A stretch of 64,000 bases of DNA from an uncultured Candidatus Saccharibacteria bacterium (GTDB lineage: Bacteria > Patescibacteriota > Minisyncoccia > JACQLN01): the NCBI GenBank assembly GCA_964365305.1, contig CAYIPG010000001.1, positions 2,214-66,213 of the forward strand, read 5' to 3'. Of the stretch, positions 37,730-47,842 are shown in pieces; positions within the stretch are counted from its first letter, which is position 1; each line of letters opens with the position of its first letter. The notes under the pieces were generated by a model, which made no database searches, had not been told where the DNA came from, and saw nothing but the letters and a program-made list of their open reading frames with translations. The position numbers and the translations under genes are program-made.

Positions 37730-37906
37730 AAGTAAAAACGCTAAAACATATAATTTTATATAGTGATATTATACTATAACTTAGATAATCCCTTCTTGGC
37801 AACCACCACCAATATTAAAGTTTAGACGGAAACAATTTAAACGGCTATTCTTGAAAAAAAAACGCATAGATGGAATAATAAATGCTGTAACAATAAACTT
37901 TGATTT

Positions 37907-39118
37907 ATGATTAAAAACAATAAAACCCAATTAAGAGTCCCTTATGCCTTTACAGTTTTCGGAGAGGAAGAGCGTAAAGCCGTCGCTGAAGTATTAAAAT
38001 CGCCTCAAATTGTAGCAGGAAAAAGGGCGGAAGAATTTGAAACCAAAATTGCCGGTCTTTTCGGTAAAAAGTTCGGTCTTTTGGTAAATTCCGGCTCCTC
38101 GGCTAATCTGTTGGCTTTTGAGGTCTTGAATTTGCCAGCCGGTTCGGAGGTAATCACACCTGTTCTTACTTTTGCCACGACTGTGGCTCCTATTATCAAA
38201 AAAGGTCTAGTACCGGCTTTTGTTGATGTAGAGTTGGGAAAATATACTCTGGATATTGATCAAGTTGAAAAAATGATTAATTCCAAAACACGGGCTTTAA
38301 TGGTGCCATCGCTTTTTGGAAATGTGCCCGACTTGCCCCGACTTCAGCGCTTAGCCAAAAAACATAATTTATTTCTAGTGGAAGATTCCTGCGATACGCT
38401 CGGCGCCACAATAAATGGGAAACCCACTGGTGTTTATTCTGATATTTCCACAACCAGTTTTTACGCTTCCCATATTGTTACGGCCGCCGGCGAAGGCGGT
38501 ATGATCTGCCTGAATAATCCAGAGTGGTATAGGCGGGTTCGTGTTTTAAGCGGATGGGGTAGGCGTTCGGCTCTCAATGAATCCGAAGATATAGCCGTAA
38601 GATTTCAAACAAAACTCGACGGCCAACCCTATGATTCCAAATTTATTTTTGAGGAAATCGGCTATAACTTTAGAACCACTGATATCGCCGCGGCTTTCGC
38701 GTTGGCCCAGTTAAAAAAACTGGATAAGTTTTCCGAAATCAGAATAAAAAATTTCCAAGAACTGCTGGATTTTTTTCGGAATTACCAAAATTTTTTTATT
38801 CTACCCGAACAATTAAAAACAGTCCGAACCAATTGGCTTTCTTTCCCGCTGCTAATCAAAGACAGAGCGCCTTTTTCCCGAATGGAAATCGTGACCCATT
38901 TGGAAAAAAACAATATTCAAACCCGCCCGATGTTTACCGGAAATATTCTAAAACAACCCGGTTTTTTGAATATCAAAAAAAGAACAAGAAAAGGCGGATA
39001 TCCCAACGCTGATTTAATTATGAAAAATTCTTTCGTAATCGGTTGTCACCATGGTTTGGAAAAACGGCACTTGGATTATCTTAAAAAGATTTTCTCGGAT
39101 TTTTTGGGACGATTTTAA
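37907..39118 (+). CDS. DegT/DnrJ/EryC1/StrS-family PLP-dependent sugar aminotransferase/dehydratase.
   Basis: DSCDTLGATINGKPTGVYSDISTTSFYASHIVT; Lys-containing PLP region typical of the family. Confidence 0.8.
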   Translation: MIKNNKTQLRVPYAFTVFGEEERKAVAEVLKSPQIVAGKRAEEFETKIAGLFGKKFGLLVNSGSSANLLAFEVLNLPAGSEVITPVLTFATTVAPIIKKGLVPAFVDVELGKYTLDIDQVEKMINSKTRALMVPSLFGNVPDLPRLQRLAKKHNLFLVEDSCDTLGATINGKPTGVYSDISTTSFYASHIVTAAGEGGMICLNNPEWYRRVRVLSGWGRRSALNESEDIAVRFQTKLDGQPYDSKFIFEEIGYNFRTTDIAAAFALAQLKKLDKFSEIRIKNFQELLDFFRNYQNFFILPEQLKTVRTNWLSFPLLIKDRAPFSRMEIVTHLEKNNIQTRPMFTGNILKQPGFLNIKKRTRKGGYPNADLIMKNSFVIGCHHGLEKRHLDYLKKIFSDFLGRF

Positions 39119-39183
39119 TAACCCCAATAAAAAAGGGGGCGCTTACGCGGGCTCCCTCTGTGTAGAATAGCCAACTCAACCGG

Positions 39184-39993
39184 CTATTGTTTAAGTTTAA
39201 GCGTTTTCCCCACTACACGAAAAGTATGGGTCAATTCTTCTAGTTGCTGTTGCCGTTTCTCACGCATGATTTCAAAAAGTGTCGTCTCTTCTTCGGTCTT
39301 TTGCGCCGGCGGATATAAAAAATCAATCGGTACGGAAACTATTTTATAACCGGCGGCCATCACTTCTAAGCGTGCCGTGTCTTGAATATAGTTATCAGAA
39401 ACTCCAAATCGTTTAGCCGGATAACATTCCGCAAAATAAGAGAGTAATCCTCGCCTAAATGCCACCGGACCAAAAGCCACATCAAAACATTTACCGGTAG
39501 TATCAGCAAAAACAGCGTTGATCTGCTTTTCGGATTTTATCTGGAACATCGGGTAGCTGGCATAACTGGTTGGGGTGCGTTCAGGAATCACAAGATCGGC
39601 CTCACCGCGCTGAATCGGCGCGATGATTTGCGGAACCCAGCGAATTATATCCGCTTTCTCCGGTTCGGTCCAAAGAAAAATATCCGCTTTATTATCATCA
39701 TTGGCAACCATGCTGAATAATTCTCTCTTTTGATTACCCATACCCTTCTCACCCGCCTGTCGGTGAACCTTAGCTCCGACTTTGGCCAAGGCGCGGCTAA
39801 CAGTAGCATCAATTGATCCATCCACCACTACAACATCATAACCAACAGCTATAGCTTTCCCAATAAGCTGGCAAGCTAACTGGAAACGGGTCTCAGTGGT
39901 CCTTTTATATAAAGTTGCCGTGAGTATTGTGATATTGTTCATATTATTAGCTGTTTGTAGATAGAAATATAATTTTGAACAACTTTTTGCCAA
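39184..39993 (-). CDS. Putative GT-A-fold glycosyltransferase-like protein. The true start is probably the internal Met near 39942.
   Basis: ITILTATLYKR...YDVVVVDGSID...GEKGMGNQ resembles GT2/GT81-like N-terminal Rossmann plus acidic motif. The annotated 5' end overlaps the upstream GT4 by 55 nt. Confidence 0.35.
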   Translation of the reverse strand: MAKSCSKLYFYLQTANNMNNITILTATLYKRTTETRFQLACQLIGKAIAVGYDVVVVDGSIDATVSRALAKVGAKVHRQAGEKGMGNQKRELFSMVANDDNKADIFLWTEPEKADIIRWVPQIIAPIQRGEADLVIPERTPTSYASYPMFQIKSEKQINAVFADTTGKCFDVAFGPVAFRRGLLSYFAECYPAKRFGVSDNYIQDTARLEVMAAGYKIVSVPIDFLYPPAQKTEEETTLFEIMREKRQQQLEELTHTFRVVGKTLKLKQ

Positions 39994-41042
39994 TCCATAG
40001 TCCTGGCAAAATTTAAGGACTCTCGCGAAAATGACTCTCTTAACATACTATCGGACAAAATTTTCTCCATAGCATCGGCCGCCTCCAAATGATCTGATGG
40101 TGAAACCAGCGTACCATTTTCGCCATCCAAAACCGCATCTTCAGCACTAGTCCCGCGCGAAGAAACGATTGGCAATCCGCACGCCGCCGCTTCTAAAAAG
40201 ACCAGTCCGAAACCCTCTATATCTTTGTTAATATCTTGCGGCAACAAAATAAACAACTCGGCGTTTTTATACAGTCCAACCAGTTCCTCCTCGGATAAAT
40301 CTTTCAGAAATATTACCCGATCCTGCAATTTGAGATGTGAGATTTGTGACTTGAGATTTTGATATTCTGGACCACTGCCAACAATCACATACTTAAGATC
40401 GGGAAACTTCGGCGCGATTTGGGCAAACACCTTGATAGAGTATTCATAACCCTTGCGTTTTTTTAGTGTGCCCACGCTTAAAATATAGGGCTTAAGTTTT
40501 TGAACTTTAGCATCACTTTGATATTTGCCTGCCCCGTAGCGAGCTTGCTCTGCTTCGGGGATATTTGATATTTGATACTTATCAAAATCCACCCCATGGT
40601 TAATCACTTCAATCTTTAAATCAGGAATTACCCTTAGTATCTCTCTTTTTGTATTATTGCTGATAGCTGTAATTTGGTCGGCCTTTCGATAAGCCCAAAT
40701 CAAAAGTTGTTTTTTGATCGGTTGATATAACGGCTGAACCGCGCCAGTGCCAATAGTTGTTATTACAATCTTTTTGCCAAGACCCAAAGAAAAAACTGCG
40801 GCTATCACACCATATGGCCAACCATCTAAAGCGTGAACTATATCGCAACTCTTAAAAACCGACCTTATTTTAAATAATCGAAAAATAATCCTTAAAAAAC
40901 CTCCAGACAATAGATTATCCGAAGTTAAAATTTCATACTGATAATGGGATTCTGCTTTCTTTAAAGCGCTTGAAAACGACAAAAAAAACCGCCCTGATCC
41001 TGTATTCGATGATAAATCATTGTTCAAAAAGCACACTTTCAT
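39939..41042 (-). CDS. GT4-family (group 1) glycosyltransferase.
   Basis: GLVFLEAAACGLPIVSS...DGENG (EX7E region). Contains a 7-nt-periodic repeat tract at 40328-40362. Confidence 0.75.
   Translation of the reverse strand: MKVCFLNNDLSSNTGSGRFFLSFSSALKKAESHYQYEILTSDNLLSGGFLRIIFRLFKIRSVFKSCDIVHALDGWPYGVIAAVFSLGLGKKIVITTIGTGAVQPLYQPIKKQLLIWAYRKADQITAISNNTKREILRVIPDLKIEVINHGVDFDKYQISNIPEAEQARYGAGKYQSDAKVQKLKPYILSVGTLKKRKGYEYSIKVFAQIAPKFPDLKYVIVGSGPEYQNLKSQISHLKLQDRVIFLKDLSEEELVGLYKNAELFILLPQDINKDIEGFGLVFLEAAACGLPIVSSRGTSAEDAVLDGENGTLVSPSDHLEAADAMEKILSDSMLRESFSRESLNFARTMDWQKVVQNYISIYKQLII
40328..40362. repeat. Degenerate heptanucleotide tandem repeat (tttgaga/tgtgaga/tttgtga/cttgaga/ttttgat) inside the GT4 gene.
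   Basis: Read directly. Shares the 18-19-nt string tttgtgacttgagatttt with the repeat at 60508-60535 in another GT4 gene. Confidence 0.7.
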
Positions 41043-41206
41043 TTTTTATTTATAAGCACATAGACAATATTATATACCCAACGCTCGGCTAAATATGAAT
41101 ATTGTTTTTTGATGTTCCGTTCTTTCAATTGACTTAACAAATATTATATTATAACTTATTATCAATATATAAAGTTACACTAGAGTTGTCACTTTAATAT
41201 ACAAAA

Positions 41207-42562
41207 ATGAAAATGATATTTCTGTTTATACCGCATTATGTTTATACATCAGATTTGCTCCACACAAAATATATAAATCACCTGGCAAGCAAATATCGTG
41301 TAATGGTGTTCGGGCCAGTTTTTGATCCTGTCAACATAGAATCGTATCCTAAGTTAGACAATGTTGAGTATGTTTATATGGAAGCGCAACACCCCAATCT
41401 TTGGCTACTTTTTAACAAAACCTTACGTTTTTCCTTAATAAAAGAATTTGACAATCTGGAATACCATAAATTAATAGCCCGAACGGGCCGGAATTTAAAC
41501 TGGCAAAGAAAATTATTAAAAAATATAGCTGTGCTATTGCCTAATTTTCTTGTTAAAGTCAATAGCTTCACTAAGCTAGAAAGTATACTGTTAGACAACT
41601 CGGGACTGATTAAAGATTATATCGATAAATACCAGCCCGAACTTATTCTAACATCCACACCCGGTTTTACCGGCCTGGAGGCTGAAGCTGTGCTTATGGC
41701 CAAAAAAAATAATATAAAAACCGTGGCCATAAACTTTAGTTGGGACAACATTTTTAATACCGCTAAACAAATAAGAAAAACGGATTATTTAATAGTTTGG
41801 AACAATCGGGTCAAAAATGCCGCCTGTGAAATTCATGGCTATCTCCCAAAAAACATTTGTGTTTCCGGTACAATGAGATTTGATCATCATTTTAACGATG
41901 AATTTAAATCTAAGAACATGTCTGGACGCACAAGTTTTTTGACCGAGAAAAATTTGAACCCTAATCTAAAAACTATATTTTTCACCACTGTACCGCCGCA
42001 CACATATCCTTTCCAAACCAAGTTTTTAGAAAATTTGATAAACTTAAGGGATAACGGCGTATTTAAAGAGAACTTAAACATAATAACCCGATTGCATCCC
42101 CGAGATGAAATAGCTAACTACAAACATATTATTGGCGCAAAAAATCTTCATATAGAGGAAGCGGGTCAATTAAAAAATCAAAGACCGGGAGATTTGCATA
42201 AAATAGAAATGAATGAAAGCGATTTGGAAAATTTGCGGCGGTCTCTGCTTTACTCAAATGTAGCGGTCAATTTTCGCTCCAGTATGACTTTGGAAACATG
42301 CCTCTATGATCTACCCACCATAAACTTGGCTTACCACGATTACGATATTTATTACCAAATGGATCATTACATACCTATACTGGCATCAGGGGCGGTTAAA
42401 CTGGTTAAAAATCAGGAAGAGTTTATAAATGCGATGAAAAATTATTTAGCAAACCCTAGATTGGATAGCGAAAAAAGAACAAAAATATCTAAAGAACTCG
42501 TCCCTTTCCAAGACGGCCTAGCTTACAAAAGAAATGTTGATTTTCTAGAAAGAATTATCTAA
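41207..42562 (+). CDS. TagF-like CDP-alditol phosphotransferase family GT-B protein (paralog 3).
   Basis: FSWDNIFNTAKQIRKTDYLIVWN and SNVAVNFRSSMTLETCLYDLPTINLAYHDYD motifs, colinear with the other three paralogs. Confidence 0.5.
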   Translation: MKMIFLFIPHYVYTSDLLHTKYINHLASKYRVMVFGPVFDPVNIESYPKLDNVEYVYMEAQHPNLWLLFNKTLRFSLIKEFDNLEYHKLIARTGRNLNWQRKLLKNIAVLLPNFLVKVNSFTKLESILLDNSGLIKDYIDKYQPELILTSTPGFTGLEAEAVLMAKKNNIKTVAINFSWDNIFNTAKQIRKTDYLIVWNNRVKNAACEIHGYLPKNICVSGTMRFDHHFNDEFKSKNMSGRTSFLTEKNLNPNLKTIFFTTVPPHTYPFQTKFLENLINLRDNGVFKENLNIITRLHPRDEIANYKHIIGAKNLHIEEAGQLKNQRPGDLHKIEMNESDLENLRRSLLYSNVAVNFRSSMTLETCLYDLPTINLAYHDYDIYYQMDHYIPILASGAVKLVKNQEEFINAMKNYLANPRLDSEKRTKISKELVPFQDGLAYKRNVDFLERII

Positions 42563-43377
42563 TGAGAACGATACCCACAACAAAATCCGGTAATTATACA
42601 AGCGATGCCAACCTATTAAAAAGAAAAAAATTTGCCAAACTATTCCAACCAAAAATAAATCTGGTTAAAGAAATAGTTTTCTTGTTAAAATTGAAAGGTG
42701 GCGAATGTATTCTGGATGCGGGTTGTGGTAATGGCGATTTGCTTATAGAGATAAGAAATAAGTACAAACACCGTGGTGATTTATATGGTGTGGATATTGC
42801 CGAAGGAATATTGCAACAAGCTATCTTTTTAAATAAGAAAACGAAATCAAAAATAAACTTTCAGAGAGCGGATGTCAAAAACTTAAAACTGCCTTCCGAG
42901 CATTTTGATATAGTGATACTCAAACATGTCCTTCATAATGTAGCTAAACCCACACAGGCAATTGAGGAGTGCCGCCGAGTTCTTAAAACAAATGGCCGAT
43001 TGGTTATAGTTGTAACCGGCAAAAAATCAAGATTGCTATTAAGACAGCTAAAACAAAAAATTGCCGCCATTCTTGGCTTAGATTTTTTCCCAGACGCCGA
43101 GAAAGATATTAACCTGGAGAGTATTTCCGACTATCTGAAATCTTCACTTTGGAACTTTAGAATTAAACAACTTAAAAGCGTCCTGCGCTTAAAAAATCCC
43201 AAGCCATACGTTGATTATGTGGATAGTGGCCGGGATTTTTGGGCTAGCGGAATAAAAGATGAGAAATGGCAGGAAATATTAAGTTTTTCTCAAAAATATT
43301 TTGATCAGATCATTAAAAAGAAAGGACAGATATCAGATCAAAGCATTTTAGGAATTGTGATTGCCATTAAAAAATAA
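42562..43377 (+). CDS. Class I SAM-dependent methyltransferase.
   Basis: ILDAGCGNGDLL motif I and VILKHVLHNV motif. Confidence 0.65.
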   Translation: MRTIPTTKSGNYTSDANLLKRKKFAKLFQPKINLVKEIVFLLKLKGGECILDAGCGNGDLLIEIRNKYKHRGDLYGVDIAEGILQQAIFLNKKTKSKINFQRADVKNLKLPSEHFDIVILKHVLHNVAKPTQAIEECRRVLKTNGRLVIVVTGKKSRLLLRQLKQKIAAILGLDFFPDAEKDINLESISDYLKSSLWNFRIKQLKSVLRLKNPKPYVDYVDSGRDFWASGIKDEKWQEILSFSQKYFDQIIKKKGQISDQSILGIVIAIKK

Positions 43378-43386
43378 TTTATAGGT

Positions 43387-44310
43387 TTATAGGTTTCTAT
43401 CTTTCAACCAATTTAGATATATCCGCGCCACCTTTTCATTGCCACGCAAAATCATCCCCACATGGGAAAAGCCCTTTACATATTTTACCGAAACATCTTT
43501 TTGATACTTCTTAAGCCAATTTATTAATATTTTTTCTTTGGCTGGTTGATGGCCTTGATCCCGCGCGCCGTTAACTAATAATATAGGCGGCATTTTTTTT
43601 GGATTTTTTATTGTAAGCAACTTCCAATATTTTTTAACAATCGGATGTTTTGATTGAATAGCCGCCATCAAGGACGAGAAGAGAACTAAATATTCTCGCA
43701 TATACTTTTTTAGATATTTTTTAGGAAAAAAAGGAGAGTCGGAAATTCTTAAAACCGCCTCTCGCGATATTTCGAGAGGTTTGTTCAAATCAATGGGTTT
43801 CCGTATTTGATCTGACTGTGGTTCAAAACAATTTAATGGTCCAGTGGCGCCATAGCCCGAAATAGCAACAGTGCGTTTGGGCATAATATCCGTCGCCAAC
43901 TTAAAAACCTGGGGCCCACCCATACTCCATCCCAAAAAAACCACTTTGCGATTTTTATCCGTAACTTTTTCAATGACTTTTTTAATAAGCTTCATGTTTT
44001 CTTCTTGAGTCAACCGGCACAATTCTTGAGCTGAACATCTATAAACATCACCTGAATTACAAGCCCATTCCACCGTAATAACTTCTCGTCCTTTTTCGGC
44101 AAACAATGGCGCCCAGCCCTTTCTGCCATCTGGCGTAATTTCCCAAATTTTCATCAAATGCCCGCCGCCGCCAATAAGCGCAATAACTGCCTCACCCGAT
44201 AATTTAGCCGGTATATAATGCTTGTACTTCATGTGGTAGGGTTGGCGACCTACTACACCCTCTTTGGTGTTATAATTTGTGGTCTTGGATTTATTTATAT
44301 TGACGCCCAT
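43387..44310 (-). CDS. Alpha/beta-hydrolase fold protein (esterase-like).
   Basis: VVFLGWSMGG nucleophile-elbow (GxSxG); 307 aa. Confidence 0.5.
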   Translation of the reverse strand: MGVNINKSKTTNYNTKEGVVGRQPYHMKYKHYIPAKLSGEAVIALIGGGGHLMKIWEITPDGRKGWAPLFAEKGREVITVEWACNSGDVYRCSAQELCRLTQEENMKLIKKVIEKVTDKNRKVVFLGWSMGGPQVFKLATDIMPKRTVAISGYGATGPLNCFEPQSDQIRKPIDLNKPLEISREAVLRISDSPFFPKKYLKKYMREYLVLFSSLMAAIQSKHPIVKKYWKLLTIKNPKKMPPILLVNGARDQGHQPAKEKILINWLKKYQKDVSVKYVKGFSHVGMILRGNEKVARIYLNWLKDRNL

Positions 44311-44400
44311 GATTTAATGTTTTAGAATAAAGACGAAGCAAATCTGTTCTTTGATATCAAAACATATTGTATCTGGTAAATCCAGAAAGGAGATGTTGCC

Positions 44401-45939
44401 GTGATCAATGATTTTCGAGTGCTGATGCTCTATCCCAACTATCAACACGAGATGATGGTACCGCCGGCCTTGGCGTTATTTTCCTCTCTGTTGAAGTGGG
44501 AGGGCTTTAAGGTGGATCTGTTTGACACCACCAATTACAAGATTGACACCGGTGGGGTGGATTCGGAGAAAAGTAAAATGGCCAACTTAACGGTGCGGCC
44601 GTTTAAGTCGACAACCTTGATCAAAAAGGATGATGTCTACACTGATTTTCGCCAAAAGATCAACTCCTTCAGCCCCGATCTACTTTTGGTAACCGCTACC
44701 GAAAACATGTTTTTGGTGGCCATGAAGTTGCTCAACTCGGTTGAGGACACTGGCGTGCCTGTTGTTCTAGGCGGGGTTTTTGCTACTTTCGCCCCGGACT
44801 TAGCCATGCGCTGGCGGGAAGTGGACATGTTGTGCGTGGGCGAGGGAGAGCAGGTCATTGTGGAATTATGCCGCCGCATGAACCGGGGTGAGGATTCTTC
44901 CAGCATTCCCGGACTCTGGGTTAGAGGAAAAGATGGCCTGATTAAAAAAAATCCCCTGGGTCCTCGAGTGAATATGGATGAAAACCCGTTGCCCGATTTT
45001 ACTCTTTTTGAGGATTCTAGATTCTACCGTCCTATGGCCGGTAAGATTTTGAGAATCTTTCCCGCAGAAACTCATCGGGGCTGTCCCTTTACTTGCGCTT
45101 TTTGCAATTCGCCCGATCAGGACAGATTATACGGTCAAGCCACCGGGCAAAAATTCTTTCGCAAGAAAAGGTTTGATAAGATTCACGAGGAACTTTTGTT
45201 TTGCCGCGATGTCTGGCGGGCCCAGTATATCTTTTTCTGGGCGGATACTTTTTTCGCCTGGAGCGAAGAAGAGTTCGATCAGTTCTGCGAAATGTACGCC
45301 GACATCAAACTGCCTTTCTGGTGTCAAACCCGACCCGAAACAGTAGTGGAGCGCCGCATCAAAAAACTAAAAGATGTTGGCATTCACAGAATGGGTTTTG
45401 GCATTGAGCATGGCAACTTTCAATTCAGAAAGGATGTGGTTGATCGCCGCTATACTAATGAACTGGTGATAGCAAGAATGAGAATTCTGGTGGAGCAGGG
45501 TGTTGAATTTAGCGTCAATAACATCATCGGCTTCCCCGACGAAACGCGGGAATTGTCTTTTGATACTATTGAACTAAATCGGCATATTCCGAGCGACACC
45601 ATGAGCTGTTCAATCTTTGTTCCTTTTCATGGGACAAGATTGAGGGAATTGTGTGTCGAAAAGGGCTACATCCATCCTGATGTTATCTGCCCCACCAACT
45701 CCGACGATACGGTTTTAATTATGCCGCCGCCTTTTATGAGCAAAGAACAAATGAAGGGTTTGCGGCGGGTGTTCGCCATGTATGTTAAATTCCCCAAAGA
45801 ACGCTGGCCAGAAATTCGGCAGGCCGAAGAGCTGACTCCTGAGGGGGATGAGGTTTGGGAGAAGTTAAGAAAGGAGTTTGTTAAAACCTTCTTTGCTCCG
45901 CCCGAAACCGACATCGAAAAGATCAATAATGCTGTTTAA
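44401..45939 (+). CDS. B12 (cobalamin)-binding radical SAM protein, putative class B radical-SAM methyltransferase.
   Basis: GTG start. N-terminal B12-binding-like domain (RVLMLYPNYQ...), then CPFTCAFC (CxxxCxxC) radical-SAM cluster motif; 512 aa. Confidence 0.8.
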   Translation: MINDFRVLMLYPNYQHEMMVPPALALFSSLLKWEGFKVDLFDTTNYKIDTGGVDSEKSKMANLTVRPFKSTTLIKKDDVYTDFRQKINSFSPDLLLVTATENMFLVAMKLLNSVEDTGVPVVLGGVFATFAPDLAMRWREVDMLCVGEGEQVIVELCRRMNRGEDSSSIPGLWVRGKDGLIKKNPLGPRVNMDENPLPDFTLFEDSRFYRPMAGKILRIFPAETHRGCPFTCAFCNSPDQDRLYGQATGQKFFRKKRFDKIHEELLFCRDVWRAQYIFFWADTFFAWSEEEFDQFCEMYADIKLPFWCQTRPETVVERRIKKLKDVGIHRMGFGIEHGNFQFRKDVVDRRYTNELVIARMRILVEQGVEFSVNNIIGFPDETRELSFDTIELNRHIPSDTMSCSIFVPFHGTRLRELCVEKGYIHPDVICPTNSDDTVLIMPPPFMSKEQMKGLRRVFAMYVKFPKERWPEIRQAEELTPEGDEVWEKLRKEFVKTFFAPPETDIEKINNAV

Positions 45940-45948
45940 CAGCTTCAC

Positions 45949-45980
45949 AAGCCACCCTCAAGGGTGGCTCTTTTTTTGTT
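45949..45980 (+). terminator. Rho-independent terminator after the radical-SAM gene.
   Basis: Stem agccaccct/agggtggct followed directly by CTTTTTTTGTTT. Confidence 0.7.
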
Positions 45981-46048
45981 TGGACCATAATTTGGATCTC
46001 AAAAAAATAAGGTTTCATTATATCGTGGTTTAAAAAACAAATTTTCAT

Positions 46049-46786
46049 CTATTTCCCAAGGACATAAACTATTTTAGATCCCCATCTCTTCCTAAGTTTA
46101 CCATCCAATCCGAATCCGGAAGCTAAATTTAATATAAATCTTCTGGCTCTGCCTTTTACACCCATAAAAATCCCCTCATTTACAAAATATTTTTTATCAA
46201 TCAACTTGAAATATTTAAGTACGGTCTTATTGAAAATAGCGGGAGTAAAAATTGAGATATGATTATTTTTTTCATGGAAACCAGAAATCTCGCCATATTT
46301 ATAAAAATACCTCCGACTCAAAAAAGAATCAGTATTAACTAAAGTAAAAATAAATATTCCTCGTTTTTTTAATATTCTATGCACTTCCCTTATAAAATTA
46401 TGGGGATTCTCCAAGTGAGGCAGAACGCACCACGCTGTAATAATGTCAAAAAAAGAATCGCCATGCGGGATTTTGTCGTAATTTAGGTCAACAATTTTAA
46501 AATCTTTTAAAAAACGGCGATTCTCATCATTAATATAATCATCAACATCCAAACCATAAACATTTTTTATACCAACATCTACAACTAATTGCCTAATAAA
46601 ATCGCCGCTGGCCGTCCCGCAATCTAAAACATTTACATCACCGCTGTTTCCAAAAAAAAACCTCTTATAATCAAAAACTATGCCTGAACAAAACTTATTC
46701 CTAACAGTCGGCCCTTTATAAGTCCTGAGCCTGTCTTTTAAAACTTGGTCGGAACGTATTTCTTCCGTGGTTAAATATTTGGCCAT
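46049..46786 (-). CDS. Class I SAM-dependent methyltransferase (paralog of 48879-49619).
   Basis: VLDCGTASGDF motif I and ITAWCVLPHLENP, shared with the paralog. Confidence 0.55.
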   Translation of the reverse strand: MAKYLTTEEIRSDQVLKDRLRTYKGPTVRNKFCSGIVFDYKRFFFGNSGDVNVLDCGTASGDFIRQLVVDVGIKNVYGLDVDDYINDENRRFLKDFKIVDLNYDKIPHGDSFFDIITAWCVLPHLENPHNFIREVHRILKKRGIFIFTLVNTDSFLSRRYFYKYGEISGFHEKNNHISIFTPAIFNKTVLKYFKLIDKKYFVNEGIFMGVKGRARRFILNLASGFGLDGKLRKRWGSKIVYVLGK

Positions 46787-46789
46787 AGA

Positions 46790-47842
46790 TTAATATAAAT
46801 CCTCAAGTTTTATTTGTTCATCCTCTTCTATCATTTTTCTGATTTTTTTGCCAACCACCCTATCAATCATGGCGGGAGACAAACCGCCCTTGCCCGGCCG
46901 CTTAAAATCTATCATGTCTTTTTTCAAAACTGTGCCGACAGAGAGATCGCGGTTTGCCACGATACTCTGACCAGCCCAATTCCTGCCTTTCTCTAAGGTC
47001 TTTATTCTTTTTTTTTCAGTGTGTTGCTTTAAGGCAGTCTCGATATCCCTTATTTGTTTGACCATCAGTTTAAACTCTTGAGGCAACAACGCGCCTGGAT
47101 TATCCAAAGATCGGGGATCTGTTTTATCAAAAGTCAAATGCTTTTCTACTATACAAGCTCCCCTGGCCACGGCGGCTAGCGGTATATGCCAACCAACGCT
47201 GTGATCCGAAATACCGACCGGAACATTATACTTATCCCTAAAATATTCCATTCTTTTTAGGTTGGCGTGCTCATACGGGGTGGGATAAATAGAAACACAA
47301 TGTAGTATGATAATATCCTTAACACCATTTTTTCGTAAAGTATTAATGGCCTTATCAACTTCTTCGTTGGTCTGCACGCCAAAAGATATAATCACCGGCT
47401 TTTTTCTTTTGGCGATATTCTTTAAAAACTCATAGTTATGCGCCTCGCCCGAACCAACTTTAAAGTAAGGTTGCTTGATGATGTTGTCCAGAAAATCCAA
47501 GCTTTCGTTGTCATGCGCGGTTGCAAAAACTGGAATACCGATATTCTGGGCGTGGTTAAAAATTTTTTCCATCTGAACATCCGAAAATTCTTTATACTTC
47601 ATTCGCTCAAACCAATTATAACCAAGCTCTTTCTCTAACCTGTTGCTAACCTTTTTGCTCACCAATTTTTCGGTTTTGGTCGCTTGAAATTTAACTATAT
47701 CCGCTCCGGCTTCAAAAGCGGCTTCAATTTGTTTTTTAGCTAAATCAATCTGACCATAATTAGTGACTCCACCCTCGCAAATTATAAAACATGGCTTACC
47801 TTCTCCAACAATCATCTTGCCTAATTTTATTTTATTTTCCAT
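46790..47842 (-). CDS. Third NeuB-family nonulosonic acid synthase, with SAF domain.
   Basis: VKFQA, LHCVSIYPTP, GISDHS and EKHLT motifs, with C-terminal GTVLKKDMIDFKRPG. Confidence 0.8.
   Translation of the reverse strand: MENKIKLGKMIVGEGKPCFIICEGGVTNYGQIDLAKKQIEAAFEAGADIVKFQATKTEKLVSKKVSNRLEKELGYNWFERMKYKEFSDVQMEKIFNHAQNIGIPVFATAHDNESLDFLDNIIKQPYFKVGSGEAHNYEFLKNIAKRKKPVIISFGVQTNEEVDKAINTLRKNGVKDIIILHCVSIYPTPYEHANLKRMEYFRDKYNVPVGISDHSVGWHIPLAAVARGACIVEKHLTFDKTDPRSLDNPGALLPQEFKLMVKQIRDIETALKQHTEKKRIKTLEKGRNWAGQSIVANRDLSVGTVLKKDMIDFKRPGKGGLSPAMIDRVVGKKIRKMIEEDEQIKLEDLY

Noticed and set aside
39119-39175. GC-rich stretch aaaaaagggggcgcttacgcgggctccctc after the DegT gene, as a possible terminator.
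   Set aside because: The two halves are not convincingly complementary (at best a 3-4-bp stem) and no T-tract follows. It is not called.
43381-43400. tttataggtttataggttt tandem octamer in the gap between convergent genes 42562-43377 and 43387-44310.
   Set aside because: Only two copies in a 9-nt intergenic spacer with no hairpin. This is too little to call a regulatory element.
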